Below are positions 48,713-57,831 of a DNA stretch of 64,000 nucleotides, in pieces. The stretch is from a virus: IMG/VR virus record IMGVR_UViG_2802429014_000001; one strand, given 5' to 3'. How positions within the stretch are numbered: the stretch's first letter is position 1; the number at the start of each line of letters is the position of its first letter. The position numbers and the translations under genes are program-made. The notes beneath the pieces are model-generated. The model ran no database searches, was not told the origin of the DNA, and was given only the letters and a program-made list of their open reading frames with translations.

Positions 48713-49141
48713 ATGAAGACGCATCACTGGCATCCATGGCGAACGCTCGCCGAGCACTATCCACACATCGCTGTGTCCTGCGATCACGTCCTGCCCCGGG
48801 GAGTGGCCGGACTGATCAAGGGAAACACCATCTGGCTGTGCAAGAGCCTGACGCAGGCTGAGCGCCGGTCGACCTTGACGCATGAGTTGATCCACGTTGA
48901 CCGAGGCATCGCGCCCGTCATCCACCGCGCCCGCGAAGAGCACTATGTGGACGTGCTGGCGGCACGCCGACTCATCCCACTGCCTGCCCTGCTGCGTGGG
49001 CTGCAATGGACCAACGATGATTACGAACTGGCCGAAGAGCTTTGGACCGACGTTCACACCGTGCGGGTACGACGCCAGACCCTAACCACTGCCGAGCGGG
49101 ACTGGCTCGCTGACCGTGTTGAAGACCCGCAACGCCCATGA
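48713..49141 (+). CDS. ImmA/IrrE-family zinc metallopeptidase
   Basis: Start placed at MKTHHW. HEXXH is HELIH (TLTHELIHVDRG). ~140 aa, typical size. Confidence 0.55.
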   Translation: MKTHHWHPWRTLAEHYPHIAVSCDHVLPRGVAGLIKGNTIWLCKSLTQAERRSTLTHELIHVDRGIAPVIHRAREEHYVDVLAARRLIPLPALLRGLQWTNDDYELAEELWTDVHTVRVRRQTLTTAERDWLADRVEDPQRP

Positions 49142-49335
49142 ACACTGTTGAAGCCCTTGATATGGAACGCATTTGGTGGCCTGCATCCGGCGCCAAGGAT
49201 GAAGCAGTACGCGAGCGATTCGGCCTATCGCCGGTCCGCTATTACCAGAAGTTGAACGCCATTATCGAGACGCCAGAGGCGCTGGCCATCGACGCACAGA
49301 CCGTCAACCGACTGCGACGGATAAGGGGGAGGTAG
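49138..49335 (+). CDS. small conserved actinobacterial protein (DUF3263-like, unverified)
   Basis: 65 aa (ERIWWPASGAKDEAVRERFGLSPVRYYQKLN). ATGA overlap with its neighbours. Confidence 0.3.
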   Translation: MNTVEALDMERIWWPASGAKDEAVRERFGLSPVRYYQKLNAIIETPEALAIDAQTVNRLRRIRGR

Positions 49336-49845
49336 ATGGAACTGGCAGGATTCTTGATACAGGTGTTTGGCGCCCTATTTACGGCGGTTGGACTTCTCAT
49401 CGCCTGGGAACGGGTATCGAATCGGTCGACGCAGTGGCGCAAGGGGATTGGCGATTTCATTAACGGGCTACTTATGCGATCCAAGAAGGGCAGTGGTGAC
49501 ATCGTGATTACCCCACAAGGGGCGGTCATAACCGCCGTGGGGGGCACACCAGAGGTGATAGTGGAGCCCGACAGTCCGGAAAGGCGGCTCAGGCAACTTG
49601 AGGATGAGTCGAAGAGCCTGCAAAAGCGGGTCAGGAAGACCGAGAAAGCCGTCAAGCGTATCGATCAGGCGGTCGATGAAGTCGACAGCACTATCAATGC
49701 TGCGCTAGCCAAACTGGTCAACGACGACAACTTAATCAAGGTGAGTGATATCCGTTTGGCGCTAATAGGTCTCGGAATCTCATTTGTAGGGTTTGTCATT
49801 GAACACGGACCCTTGCTGCAACGAGTCTTCTGCGCGGCCCAGTAA
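49336..49845 (+). CDS. membrane protein (TM, coiled coil, TM) immediately upstream of the integrase
   Basis: N-terminal TM LIQVFGALFTAVGLLIA, a central charged coiled coil, and C-terminal TM LALIGLGISFVGFVI. Confidence 0.45.
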   Translation: MELAGFLIQVFGALFTAVGLLIAWERVSNRSTQWRKGIGDFINGLLMRSKKGSGDIVITPQGAVITAVGGTPEVIVEPDSPERRLRQLEDESKSLQKRVRKTEKAVKRIDQAVDEVDSTINAALAKLVNDDNLIKVSDIRLALIGLGISFVGFVIEHGPLLQRVFCAAQ

Positions 49846-49850
49846 GGGAT

Positions 49851-51179
49851 ATGACCATGCGAGGTAGACCGCCGCGACCTATCGGGGTGACCGGCAATGT
49901 AATCCTGACCGAGCTACGCCCCGGCACGTGGCAGGCCATCGTACGTGTGCGTGATGCCAGTGGTAAGTCACGAAAGGTGCTGAGGGTCAGTCCACCGCGC
50001 ACCGACTCTCGCGGGCGCCCTGTGCCAGACAGGGACGGCGTGCGCGCACGCGACGCGGTGCTGGCAGCCGCCTCCGAGCTTTCGGTATCGGTGCTCGATG
50101 CGGAGCTGTCGACAGAGACCACCATCCGAGCGCTGTATTACGAGCACTACCGGCCGTACCTTGTAGATCAGGGGAGGGCGCCCGCCACCCTTGACCGATA
50201 TGACTTTGAGGCCAAGGGATTTGACTCCGCATTCGGCCATAGGCGTCTCATGGAGGCGCCAACTCCGGTGATGGAGAAGTTCCTGACAACGGTCGCTGAC
50301 ACGCGTGGTGCCGGGGCGGCGAAGTCGTCGCGAACAGTGCTGTCCGGGATGTACAACTACGCGATCCGCATGAGCAATGGCGCGATCACGGTCAACCCTC
50401 TGCGCGAAGTGAAGCTGGCGCGACGCAAGGGCGCCAAGCGTGGCGGTGCCAGCCAGCTCACCGTTGACGAGGTGCGCGACATCCTCATCGCGGTACGGAC
50501 TTCGGACCTGCCATGCCCCCGAATTCTGGCCAAGGCGGAGCGCGAGAGGAGCGTCGGAAGCTACACGCCACCAACGGTTGCCGAGTTCTGCGCGGACGCC
50601 GATATTGTCGACTGGATTGTGATGCTGATTGCCACTAGCCACCGCCGCAGCCAATCGCTTGCAACGACCTGGCCCGAGCTGGACCTGAAAGCCGGTGTCA
50701 TGCGTCCCACCCGGAAGCTGATCCGCGTCAAAGGCAAAGGCTTGGTGCTGGTGCCCATTGAGGACGACACCAAGGGCTCTGACAATGAGATTGCGTTGCC
50801 CCAGTTCGCCATCGATGCTCTCAAGCTTCGGAAGCGGCGACTTGCCGAGCGCCGACTAGTTGACCCGCGTCCGGTATCGGCCGACTACGAAGACTTGGTG
50901 TTCCCGTCCGAGAACTGGACGCCCCGAGACCCGAACAACGTCGCGGCGCAGTGGCGTCGCGTGCGGTCGGCGCTGGGGCTGCCCGCCAGCATCACGGCCC
51001 ACAGCTTCCGCAAGGCCGTGGCCACCATTCTCGATGACGCCGGACTGTCTGCCCGCGTTGCTGCTGACGTGCTTGGGCATGCCGATCCGTCCATGACTCA
51101 GCGCTTCTACATGGCGCGCGGACGGGCGCACAGCGAAGCCGCGACTGCGCTGCACCAGGCCATCGCGGGCGAGTCCTGA
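49851..51179 (+). CDS. int: tyrosine integrase
   Basis: C-terminal AHSFRKAVATILDDAGL...LGHADPSMTQRFYMARG matches the R..HxxR..Y catalytic pattern. 442 aa. Confidence 0.8.
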   Translation: MTMRGRPPRPIGVTGNVILTELRPGTWQAIVRVRDASGKSRKVLRVSPPRTDSRGRPVPDRDGVRARDAVLAAASELSVSVLDAELSTETTIRALYYEHYRPYLVDQGRAPATLDRYDFEAKGFDSAFGHRRLMEAPTPVMEKFLTTVADTRGAGAAKSSRTVLSGMYNYAIRMSNGAITVNPLREVKLARRKGAKRGGASQLTVDEVRDILIAVRTSDLPCPRILAKAERERSVGSYTPPTVAEFCADADIVDWIVMLIATSHRRSQSLATTWPELDLKAGVMRPTRKLIRVKGKGLVLVPIEDDTKGSDNEIALPQFAIDALKLRKRRLAERRLVDPRPVSADYEDLVFPSENWTPRDPNNVAAQWRRVRSALGLPASITAHSFRKAVATILDDAGLSARVAADVLGHADPSMTQRFYMARGRAHSEAATALHQAIAGES

Positions 51180-51204
51180 TGCCGTGGACATCGCCCAAGA
51201 TGGT

Positions 51205-51332
51205 GGACACTAAATGGACACTAATTCGCGTGACGTCACGATTATTCGCAACTACGTTCGACTATCGAAGACTATCCAAAATTTGAAGTATCCGCAGGTA
51301 GTTGCACCTTTTTGAGCAACGCTTGACTATCC
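51205..51332. promoter_or_regulatory. candidate integrase arm-type sites (direct repeats)
   Basis: GGACACTAA appears twice (51205, 51216). GACTATCCA(A/T)AAT appears at 51270 and 51325, plus GACTATC at 51260. Confidence 0.4.
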
Positions 51333-51361
51333 ATAATTATCTCTGCTAGCCCATATTTTTG

Positions 51362-51400
51362 CGATTGTGGGGGTCAGGGGTTCGAGTCCCCTTAGCTCCA
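51362..51400 (+). other. tRNA/tmRNA 3'-end fragment (T-arm plus acceptor 3' strand), i.e. the att core
   Basis: aGGGG-TTCGAGT-CCCCt T-arm followed by TAGCTCC and A. The complementary 5' acceptor strand GGAGCTA is absent upstream, so this is not a complete tRNA. Confidence 0.5.
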
Positions 51401-51441
51401 CTTGACATACCACCCGTTCAGCGGGGGTTTTTCTTTAAATC

Positions 51442-51461
51442 GACTTAACTGCCGTCAACAC
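51442..51461. promoter_or_regulatory. direct repeat CCGTCAACA x2 (candidate arm-type sites of the second integrase)
   Basis: gCCGTCAACAcgCCCGTCAACAtc lies between the tRNA fragment and the second integrase start. Confidence 0.3.
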
Positions 51462-51492
51462 GCCCGTCAACATCGGCGTACGCTCCGCAGGT

Positions 51493-52610
51493 ATGGCCAG
51501 CATCCGCAAGCGTGCGCTCAAGGACGGCACCGAGTATTGGTCGGTGCTGTACCGGCGCAATGGCAAACAGACCAGTACCTCATTCGGTGACCCCGACACC
51601 GCCGTGAAGTTCACCAAGCTCGCCGAGACGGTAGGCATTGAGGCAGCGCTGAGAACCGTGGCTGCAGACGGTGGTTCGTCTAGCGCGATGACCGTCCAGG
51701 AATGGCTGACGCATCACATTGACTTGCTCACGGGGACCGACCAAAACACAGTCACGAAATACCACTCGTACCTGCGCAACGACATCGCCAAGCCGCTGGG
51801 TGCTATCCCGTTGTCGGCACTAGAGCGTGATGACGTTGCGCGGTGGGTGCAGACTATGAAGGCGACGACGACCCGGCGCGGCACTCCACCGAGCGCCAAG
51901 ACGATTCGCAACAAGCTCATGTTCCTCTCCGGTGCTCTCAACGATGCGGTGGCTACAGGACGGCTGGTGGCCAATCCCACCAGCGGCATCAGCCTGCCCC
52001 GTGACGACGACCCACACGAGCCGAGGTTCCTTTCCCGTCCTGAGAGTTCGACACCCTCTATGACACGACCACCGAGCCATGGCGGCCGCTCGTGCGCTTC
52101 CTGGTGGTCAGTGGCTGCCGGTTCAACGAGGCGACGGCGTTGACTCCTGCTGACATCAACACCGATGAGGGCACTGTCCGCATTCGTCAGAGCTGGAAGC
52201 ACGGCACAGGCGGGTACAGGCTGGGCGCCACCAAGAGGGACGGCAGCCGACGCACGATCAACGTCCCGGCTTCGATGCTTGACCTACTGGATCTGTCCGG
52301 GGAATTCGTCTTCCTCAACCGCGACAATGGCCCCGTGCGCATCCATGGCTTCATCCGCCGCGTCTGGGAGCCTGCCGTCCTGCGCTCGGAGCTGGGGCCA
52401 AGGCCTACACCGCACGATCTGCGGCACACGTGCGCATCATGGATGATTGTAGCCGGTGTGCCGTTGCCAGTTATCCAGAAACATCTGGGACACAGCGACA
52501 TCAGGACCACCATCAACACTTATGGTCACCTCGACCGCTCCTCCATGCGGGCTGCCGCAGATGCTCTCGAAAAATGTTGGCTTAGTTTTGGCCTTACCCC
52601 AAACCTATAG
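51493..52610 (+). pseudogene. second tyrosine integrase, disrupted by a +2 frameshift (GAG to GAGAG) at about 52042-52046
   Basis: The N-terminal ORF (to 52143) and the catalytic ORF (from 52092; HDLRHTCASW...GHSDIRTTINTY) are in different frames. Removing AG from cctgagAGttcgac joins DDDPHEPRFLSRPE to FDTLYDTTTEPWRPLVRFLVVSG. Confidence 0.55.
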
Positions 52611-52715
52611 AAATCCACCTCAAGACCTATAGTCGCTCTTAGCACATTTATCGAATGAGCTTGTGCCACAAATATTCTCGACGCATACCCACGCAGGCTG
52701 GCGTATTCTTGACGT

Positions 52716-52955
52716 ATGACCAACTACTCCGACGAGGAAGCCGCTGAGCTTATCGGCTGCTCTGTTCGTTGGTTGGTCGAACAGCTGCGTGCCGGTCGGT
52801 TCCCTGGCTACAAGCCGGGACACAGCTGGCGGATGACTCAGGCAGACGTTGAGGCCGCTATCGAGACCCTGCGCCCCACCAAGAGGGAGTTGGACGCTCC
52901 GCTGGCGCTTGGCTTGACCACGACCTCACGCCGTCGCTTGACGCTTGCCGAGTAG
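52716..52955 (+). CDS. excisionase/MerR-like HTH protein
   Basis: AAELIGCSVRWLVEQLRAGRFPGYKPGHSWRMTQADVEAAIE. Confidence 0.5.
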   Translation: MTNYSDEEAAELIGCSVRWLVEQLRAGRFPGYKPGHSWRMTQADVEAAIETLRPTKRELDAPLALGLTTTSRRRLTLAE

Positions 52956-53059
52956 GTGTGCAGATCTGTCTCCTAGACCCGCAGAGTTTGTCAGACCTTG
53001 ACGGCAGAATTCAGACATAGGCCGCTCGACATCTGCAGGGAGGTAGTGGTGAACGGAAG

Positions 53060-53623
53060 TTGGGGCAAGTCGTGGGGTGGGTAAGCGGTCATCCCAGGCG
53101 TCTTCGGAACGGTCGGACCATATGGGTCCGCACGTATCGCCGCAATTCTGGCGGCGCTTCTAGTGGGGGGCTGAGCGCAGTACTCGCGGTGGTCGGGTTG
53201 ATTGCAGTGCTGGGAATCGGTGGAGTTGGCTTTAGCTCGCTTCTGGGCGGGCTGTCGGCACCTTCTTCGGGTGTGTCTGTCGTCCCGGTTGCTGTGACAG
53301 TTTCTGGCGCCGATCGGTACGGGTTCACCAGCTATCCGGGGGCGCGTTGCGTCGGGCCAAATGAAGCAGTCGTTGTTCAACGCACCACTCGCTCGCGCCT
53401 CGTTGTCTGTGCCGACAGTAGCGGCGCGTTGTACTACCGGGGTGTCCGGATGAAGGACGGCGCCTCGATCCAGGTCAACTACGTGCAGGTGGTGTCACCG
53501 GGATACGACGCGGTCAACTCTGCGACTGGCACCCTCTATGAGGTGCGCCCACGTGGGTTGACGATCCGGGACGGCGGCAAGGTTCTGGACTTCGAGCAGG
53601 CTGTCGAGTACTGGGCGCGTTAG
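53060..53623 (+). CDS. membrane-anchored protein (start uncertain, TTG in the track)
   Basis: TM LSAVLAVVGLIAVLGIGGVGF followed by a Ser/Val-rich extracytoplasmic domain. Confidence 0.35.
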   Translation: MGQVVGWVSGHPRRLRNGRTIWVRTYRRNSGGASSGGLSAVLAVVGLIAVLGIGGVGFSSLLGGLSAPSSGVSVVPVAVTVSGADRYGFTSYPGARCVGPNEAVVVQRTTRSRLVVCADSSGALYYRGVRMKDGASIQVNYVQVVSPGYDAVNSATGTLYEVRPRGLTIRDGGKVLDFEQAVEYWAR

Positions 53624-53627
53624 CGGA

Positions 53628-53854
53628 TCAGCCCTCGCAGGCGACGCCGTCGTTATCTCGGTCCAGTTTTGGCCGGTATCCGGGATCGCCCTTCTTGATG
53701 TTGTATGCGCCGTCGGCGTGCGCTTCCTTGCAGCTACCGTAGGGCGAATCAGCCTGTGTCAGTGATGTCGCGCTGGCACTGAAAGGTGTTGTTACGGAGA
53801 TGATTACCCCCGCGAACAGTGCCCCGGTGATTGCGTGAAAACCGTGATCTTCAT
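53628..53854 (-). pseudogene. Excalibur-domain secreted protein, frame broken by a 1-nt loss in an A4/T4 run (53838-53841), or a sequencing error
   Basis: The open frame encodes signal-peptide-like HAITGALFAGVIISVTTPFSASA then ...YGSCKEAHADGAYNIKKGDPGYRPKLDRDNDGVACEG (DxDxDGxxCE). It has no in-frame ATG/GTG/TTG. ATG AAG ATC ACG sits one frame off, and restoring a fifth T gives MKITVFHAITGALF.... Confidence 0.4.
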
Positions 53855-54011
53855 TGCCCCTGCCTCCCCTTGAACTACGTGTGGTCAGCGGAATCTACGA
53901 CATAGTCAAACTGCTTGCGGATGTTTTTCGTGAGAATGTTTGGCACCGTCCGTACTCCAGTCTCGTGCCTGAATTTGCCACAGTCGATCGAGTACTGATG
54001 CAGACTGTGCA

Positions 54012-54983
54012 GTGATGGTTGAACTGAGGCGTCATGGCAGCGAGGTCGGTTCGGTGTTCGATCTCCTGGGTCACAAGGAGAACGACCTGACTGCGGCGCT
54101 GGGCTTTGCCCTGGCGCGGTGCCCGCAGTTGTGCGCTGTGGTCGCGGCTCGCATCGCGCCTAGGGAAGGTGGCTCAATCCATGAGCCCGCAGTGGCGCTA
54201 GAGGTTCGCGACAACGATGGCCGTACAGACCTTGAACTCCGAATAGGCAAGTCTCTATATATATTTGAGGCCAAGCGTGGGTGGCTGCTGCCGGAAGTCG
54301 ATCAGCTTGCCCGGTACGCCCGACGCATTCAAGGAAATAGCGGACGTGGAGGCCTGGTGACGCTATCGCAGGCGTCGCAAGCACTGGCCGCGCATCGACT
54401 TCCCTCAGAAGTTCACGGCGTCAGTGTCATGCACCTGTCATGGCGTGAAGTCCTGGACGATATCGGCAAGGTCGAGCCTAAATGCCGAGGGCGTGAACGG
54501 GTGTGGTTGGACGAGTTGCGCGCGTACTTGAGAGGAGTCATCCGGATGGTGGACGTGGCAGACAGCTGGGCCTACTGTGTCGTGCTCAGCGACGAGAGAC
54601 CGGCTGGTGGAGACATCAGCTTCAAAGAGTTTGTAAGAGAACAGCATTGCTACTTCCATCCCTACGGTGAAGGCGGGTGGCCGCTTGAACCCCCGAATTT
54701 CATGGCGTTTAGATGGGACGGATGGGTACAGCAGATACATCGTGTCATGGAAGCCGACGTGATCCCGGACCTAGCCGAGCGATACCCCTACATGATCGAC
54801 AACCCCGACGCCCGCCGCCCCCACGCGATTTACTCACTCGGGCCACAGCTGAGGTTCGAGCCACTTCGATGCGGCAGGAACTATCGCGCCCGCCGTATAC
54901 GGGTCCTGCTTGACCAACTCCTCTCTGCCCCAACACTGTATGAAGCCCAAGCTGGAACAGGGTGCTTGGTGAAAAACAACTAG
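54012..54983 (+). CDS. PD-(D/E)xK-like nuclease-domain protein, 323 aa
   Basis: N-terminal DGRTDLELRIGKSLYIFEAKRGW fits a D...ExK core. No other domain recognised. Confidence 0.35.
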   Translation: MMVELRRHGSEVGSVFDLLGHKENDLTAALGFALARCPQLCAVVAARIAPREGGSIHEPAVALEVRDNDGRTDLELRIGKSLYIFEAKRGWLLPEVDQLARYARRIQGNSGRGGLVTLSQASQALAAHRLPSEVHGVSVMHLSWREVLDDIGKVEPKCRGRERVWLDELRAYLRGVIRMVDVADSWAYCVVLSDERPAGGDISFKEFVREQHCYFHPYGEGGWPLEPPNFMAFRWDGWVQQIHRVMEADVIPDLAERYPYMIDNPDARRPHAIYSLGPQLRFEPLRCGRNYRARRIRVLLDQLLSAPTLYEAQAGTGCLVKNN

Positions 54984-54997
54984 GTAGGACCTAGGGC

Positions 54998-55619
54998 CTA
55001 CCGCCGACTCCATGCCGAAAAAGCGGTGCGTATTCGGCTGATCAGTCCCATAGGCGATTCGTCTTCCGGCCCCGGGGTTCTGAACGGATCAGGGAGATCT
55101 CCCGCAGTTCGGTTCAGCTGCTTCAGCTCGTCGGACAGTCCATTGATCGCATCATTGGTGCCCTCCAGGCTAGCCATCGAGACTCCGGGAACGCGAAAAG
55201 TCTTCCGCCAGCCCATACTGAAGACCAGCGAGGCGATTCCCAGGAACACAAGTCCAACGAATGCAAACGCTGAGCCGCTGAAAACCTCATGCCGGTGACC
55301 GAATTGGAGCGCAGACATCCACATATAGAGGCAGACGATCAGGAGAAGCGGTGCGGCGGACCACATGATCACCGGATCGCGACGCTGTCTGCTGTCGGCC
55401 ATAATTCGGGCCTTCAGGCGGATGGCGGCGTACCGACGAAGCACCACGGCCTGGTTGGGTAGGTCTGCCTTTGCGTACTTGTCCGCAAGGTCCAGATCCT
55501 CGCCGAGCGAGCCCCATCCTCGATGACGTGCATTGCCTCGCGCGGCCAACAGCCAGCCAGATAGCAGAGTGGCGAACAGGGTGATCAGCGGCAGGACAAC
55601 CTTTTCAGCGATTTCCATG
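54998..55619 (-). CDS. four-TM membrane protein
   Basis: Start placed at MEIAEKVVLPLITLFATLLSGWLLAA. Four hydrophobic helices and a C-terminal cytoplasmic tail. Confidence 0.45.
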
Positions 55620-55719
55620 ACGGGGAATCTACAGCAAACCTTCAGCTGCCTTCCGGGATATGAATAGCACTGCATTTCTTGGTGGTTGGCAGCCTGGGGA
55701 CGCAGCCGGAAACGTAGGT

Positions 55720-56745
55720 TTAGGTGGCGAACAGTTCTGCCGACCACGCAGTGATGGTGCGCTCGAACCGCGCAGGAACGTAGCATTCTTCCCGCCGCGC
55801 GCCACCGGGTGAGCGGGACGCGGCTTCGTACAGGCACGCTGCGCACTCGACCATGTTGAGTGTGACTGTGAGGGCTTCTGCCAGAAGGTTGAATATCGTG
55901 CCGCCCCCGGCGTATTTCGTAATCCATTTGTACCCGTGAATGAAGCTAGACCCGTACGAGTAGAAGGACCTGGCAGCTGCTTCCAGACCGTTCACGGTGA
56001 TCTCCCCGTCGTCATGAGCCGGAGTGTGATCGTCGATCCATTGCGCGGATTCCCGGACCATCTGGGTGAAACCTGGTGGGGCCGAGTACGTGTACTCCTT
56101 TTTCACTGTTGTCAAGATGTCGTTGTAGTTTTCCCGGTAAGCGGCGTTTTCTGCCAGGATTCGCTGCGGGAATCGTTCGGGGCGACGCTTTTCCTCCCAA
56201 TCGCTGGTTGCGAGAAACCGCTTACGCTGTTCTAGCTGCTCCATCTCTTCCGACATGCATCGGTCCCGCCGGACGTTGCTCGATGGGTCTTTGAGTAACC
56301 AGATGGTCAAGGCGGCGGACTCCATCGCTACACGGCACAGCTGCAACACCTCCGAAAAATGAGGCTCTTGATGTGACCTGCGGCGAGTGATCAGTAGCCC
56401 GGCGGTATGCATGCTCTGAGTGGCGCTCACAGCAGGAAAGAGGGCGTGCTCAGTGACGGGGGCTTCTACTGAAAGAGGCAGTATCAAAGGGTACTTGGCG
56501 GTGAAGGCCTCGTCATCGGCGGCGAGCGCACTATCGGGTGCGCCGGAATGAGGGTGCAGGCCCCACTGGTAGAGGTCGTCGCAGCGCTTTCCGCGCTCGT
56601 CAATGCGCGACAACACGCCATTGTGAAGGAAGTCATACATTGCCTCTTGTAGTTCGTGCTCCGAGGGGTTCGAGTTGGCCACTCGGTCAAGGTTATGGAA
56701 TGACTCTAGTGCGCGGGGCTGGAACCTGTAAGGGAGGAGAAGCAT
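55720..56745 (-). CDS. hypothetical cytoplasmic protein (~341 aa), upstream partner of the 4-TM protein
   Basis: Start placed at MLLLPYRF. No motif recognised. Confidence 0.35.
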   Translation of the reverse strand: MLLLPYRFQPRALESFHNLDRVANSNPSEHELQEAMYDFLHNGVLSRIDERGKRCDDLYQWGLHPHSGAPDSALAADDEAFTAKYPLILPLSVEAPVTEHALFPAVSATQSMHTAGLLITRRRSHQEPHFSEVLQLCRVAMESAALTIWLLKDPSSNVRRDRCMSEEMEQLEQRKRFLATSDWEEKRRPERFPQRILAENAAYRENYNDILTTVKKEYTYSAPPGFTQMVRESAQWIDDHTPAHDDGEITVNGLEAAARSFYSYGSSFIHGYKWITKYAGGGTIFNLLAEALTVTLNMVECAACLYEAASRSPGGARREECYVPARFERTITAWSAELFAT

Positions 56746-56910
56746 CTGCACGGCAGCGCTTTTCTCTCTGCTGGAAGCGTTTGACCATGCTCGGGTTGAC
56801 TTGGAACCTACAGAAGAACTCAAGCTACGTCGTGGGTGCAATGTGTTTCACGCACTTGGCTCTCCTGAATATGTGAGGGCGCCTGCCCTCTGTATCGAGA
56901 GGGACAACCC

Positions 56911-57366
56911 GTGCACACACTTGCCGCGCCTCCAACCGCCCCCACCGAAACTTGGCTTCCCATTCCTGGCCACCCCGTGTATTACGCCTCGGATCGCGGT
57001 CGGATCTGGTCTTCGCGCTCGGCGCGGGTGCTCCGGCCTGATTACTCAAGCCGCTACGGTCGTGTCGACCTCGACGGCAGGACCACCAAGTCGATCCACC
57101 ACCTCGTCCTGGAGGCGTTCGTGGGGCCTCGTCCCGACGGGATGCTTGCCCTTCACCGCAACGATGACCCCCATGACAATATTATTGAAAATCTCTACTG
57201 GGGAACTCTTTCTGATAACCAGCACGATGCCGTAGCAAATGGTCGGCATTACGAGGCCAGGCGCACTCATTGCCCTCATGGGCATGAATACTCGTCCGAG
57301 AACACACAGATTCGGCAGAACAAGCGGTCCTGCAGGACCTGCGCTCGTGAGCGGGCGCGTCGATGA
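56911..57366 (+). CDS. HNH homing-type endonuclease (NUMOD4 + HNH_3)
   Basis: ETWLPIPGHPVYYASDRGRIWS (NUMOD4) and HHLVLEAFVGPRPDGMLALHRNDDPHDNIIENLYWGT (HNH_3). Confidence 0.6.
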   Translation: MHTLAAPPTAPTETWLPIPGHPVYYASDRGRIWSSRSARVLRPDYSSRYGRVDLDGRTTKSIHHLVLEAFVGPRPDGMLALHRNDDPHDNIIENLYWGTLSDNQHDAVANGRHYEARRTHCPHGHEYSSENTQIRQNKRSCRTCARERARR

Positions 57367-57831
57367 TGTGTCGTGAGTGTGGACGGGAAATCGAGCGCCT
57401 GGAATGGGCGTCGTGTGCGTACGACGAAGGGAGTCCCCTCGCTGTTCTGATTTTCGGCGCTGTGCAGCGCTGCGGACCGTACGAGATTGCGCCGACCCCC
57501 TGGCCTGCAGGTGACGACGGTTCAGCCTCTTGGACCGTTTCTTGTGGCTTGTCGGAAATTGGTCGGCATCCATCGATTTCGTCCTGCCGGGGAGCTGCTG
57601 ACTCCACCTACACGTCAGTGAGCACCACCCCGCCGCTCCAATTATTTCTCAGAAGCACTGGTGGAAGGGCCGTTTCCAATAATATGACTTTAAAGGTATT
57701 GCAGTGCAACGACTTTAGCTATCTGAATGGCTCAGGTCGGCGTAGAGTGAACTCAGAAAAAAAGAAGAAACCCCCGAAACCGAGGGTTCTTCAAATGTCC
57801 TCAGCAGACACATCGACCGGGAAGGGGCAAC

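Noticed and set aside
51325-51400. A complete tRNA gene
   Set aside because: The T-arm and 3' acceptor strand are present, but no complementary 5' acceptor strand (GGAGCTA) or D/anticodon arms exist in the preceding 80 nt. It is interpreted as a 3' fragment at an att junction.
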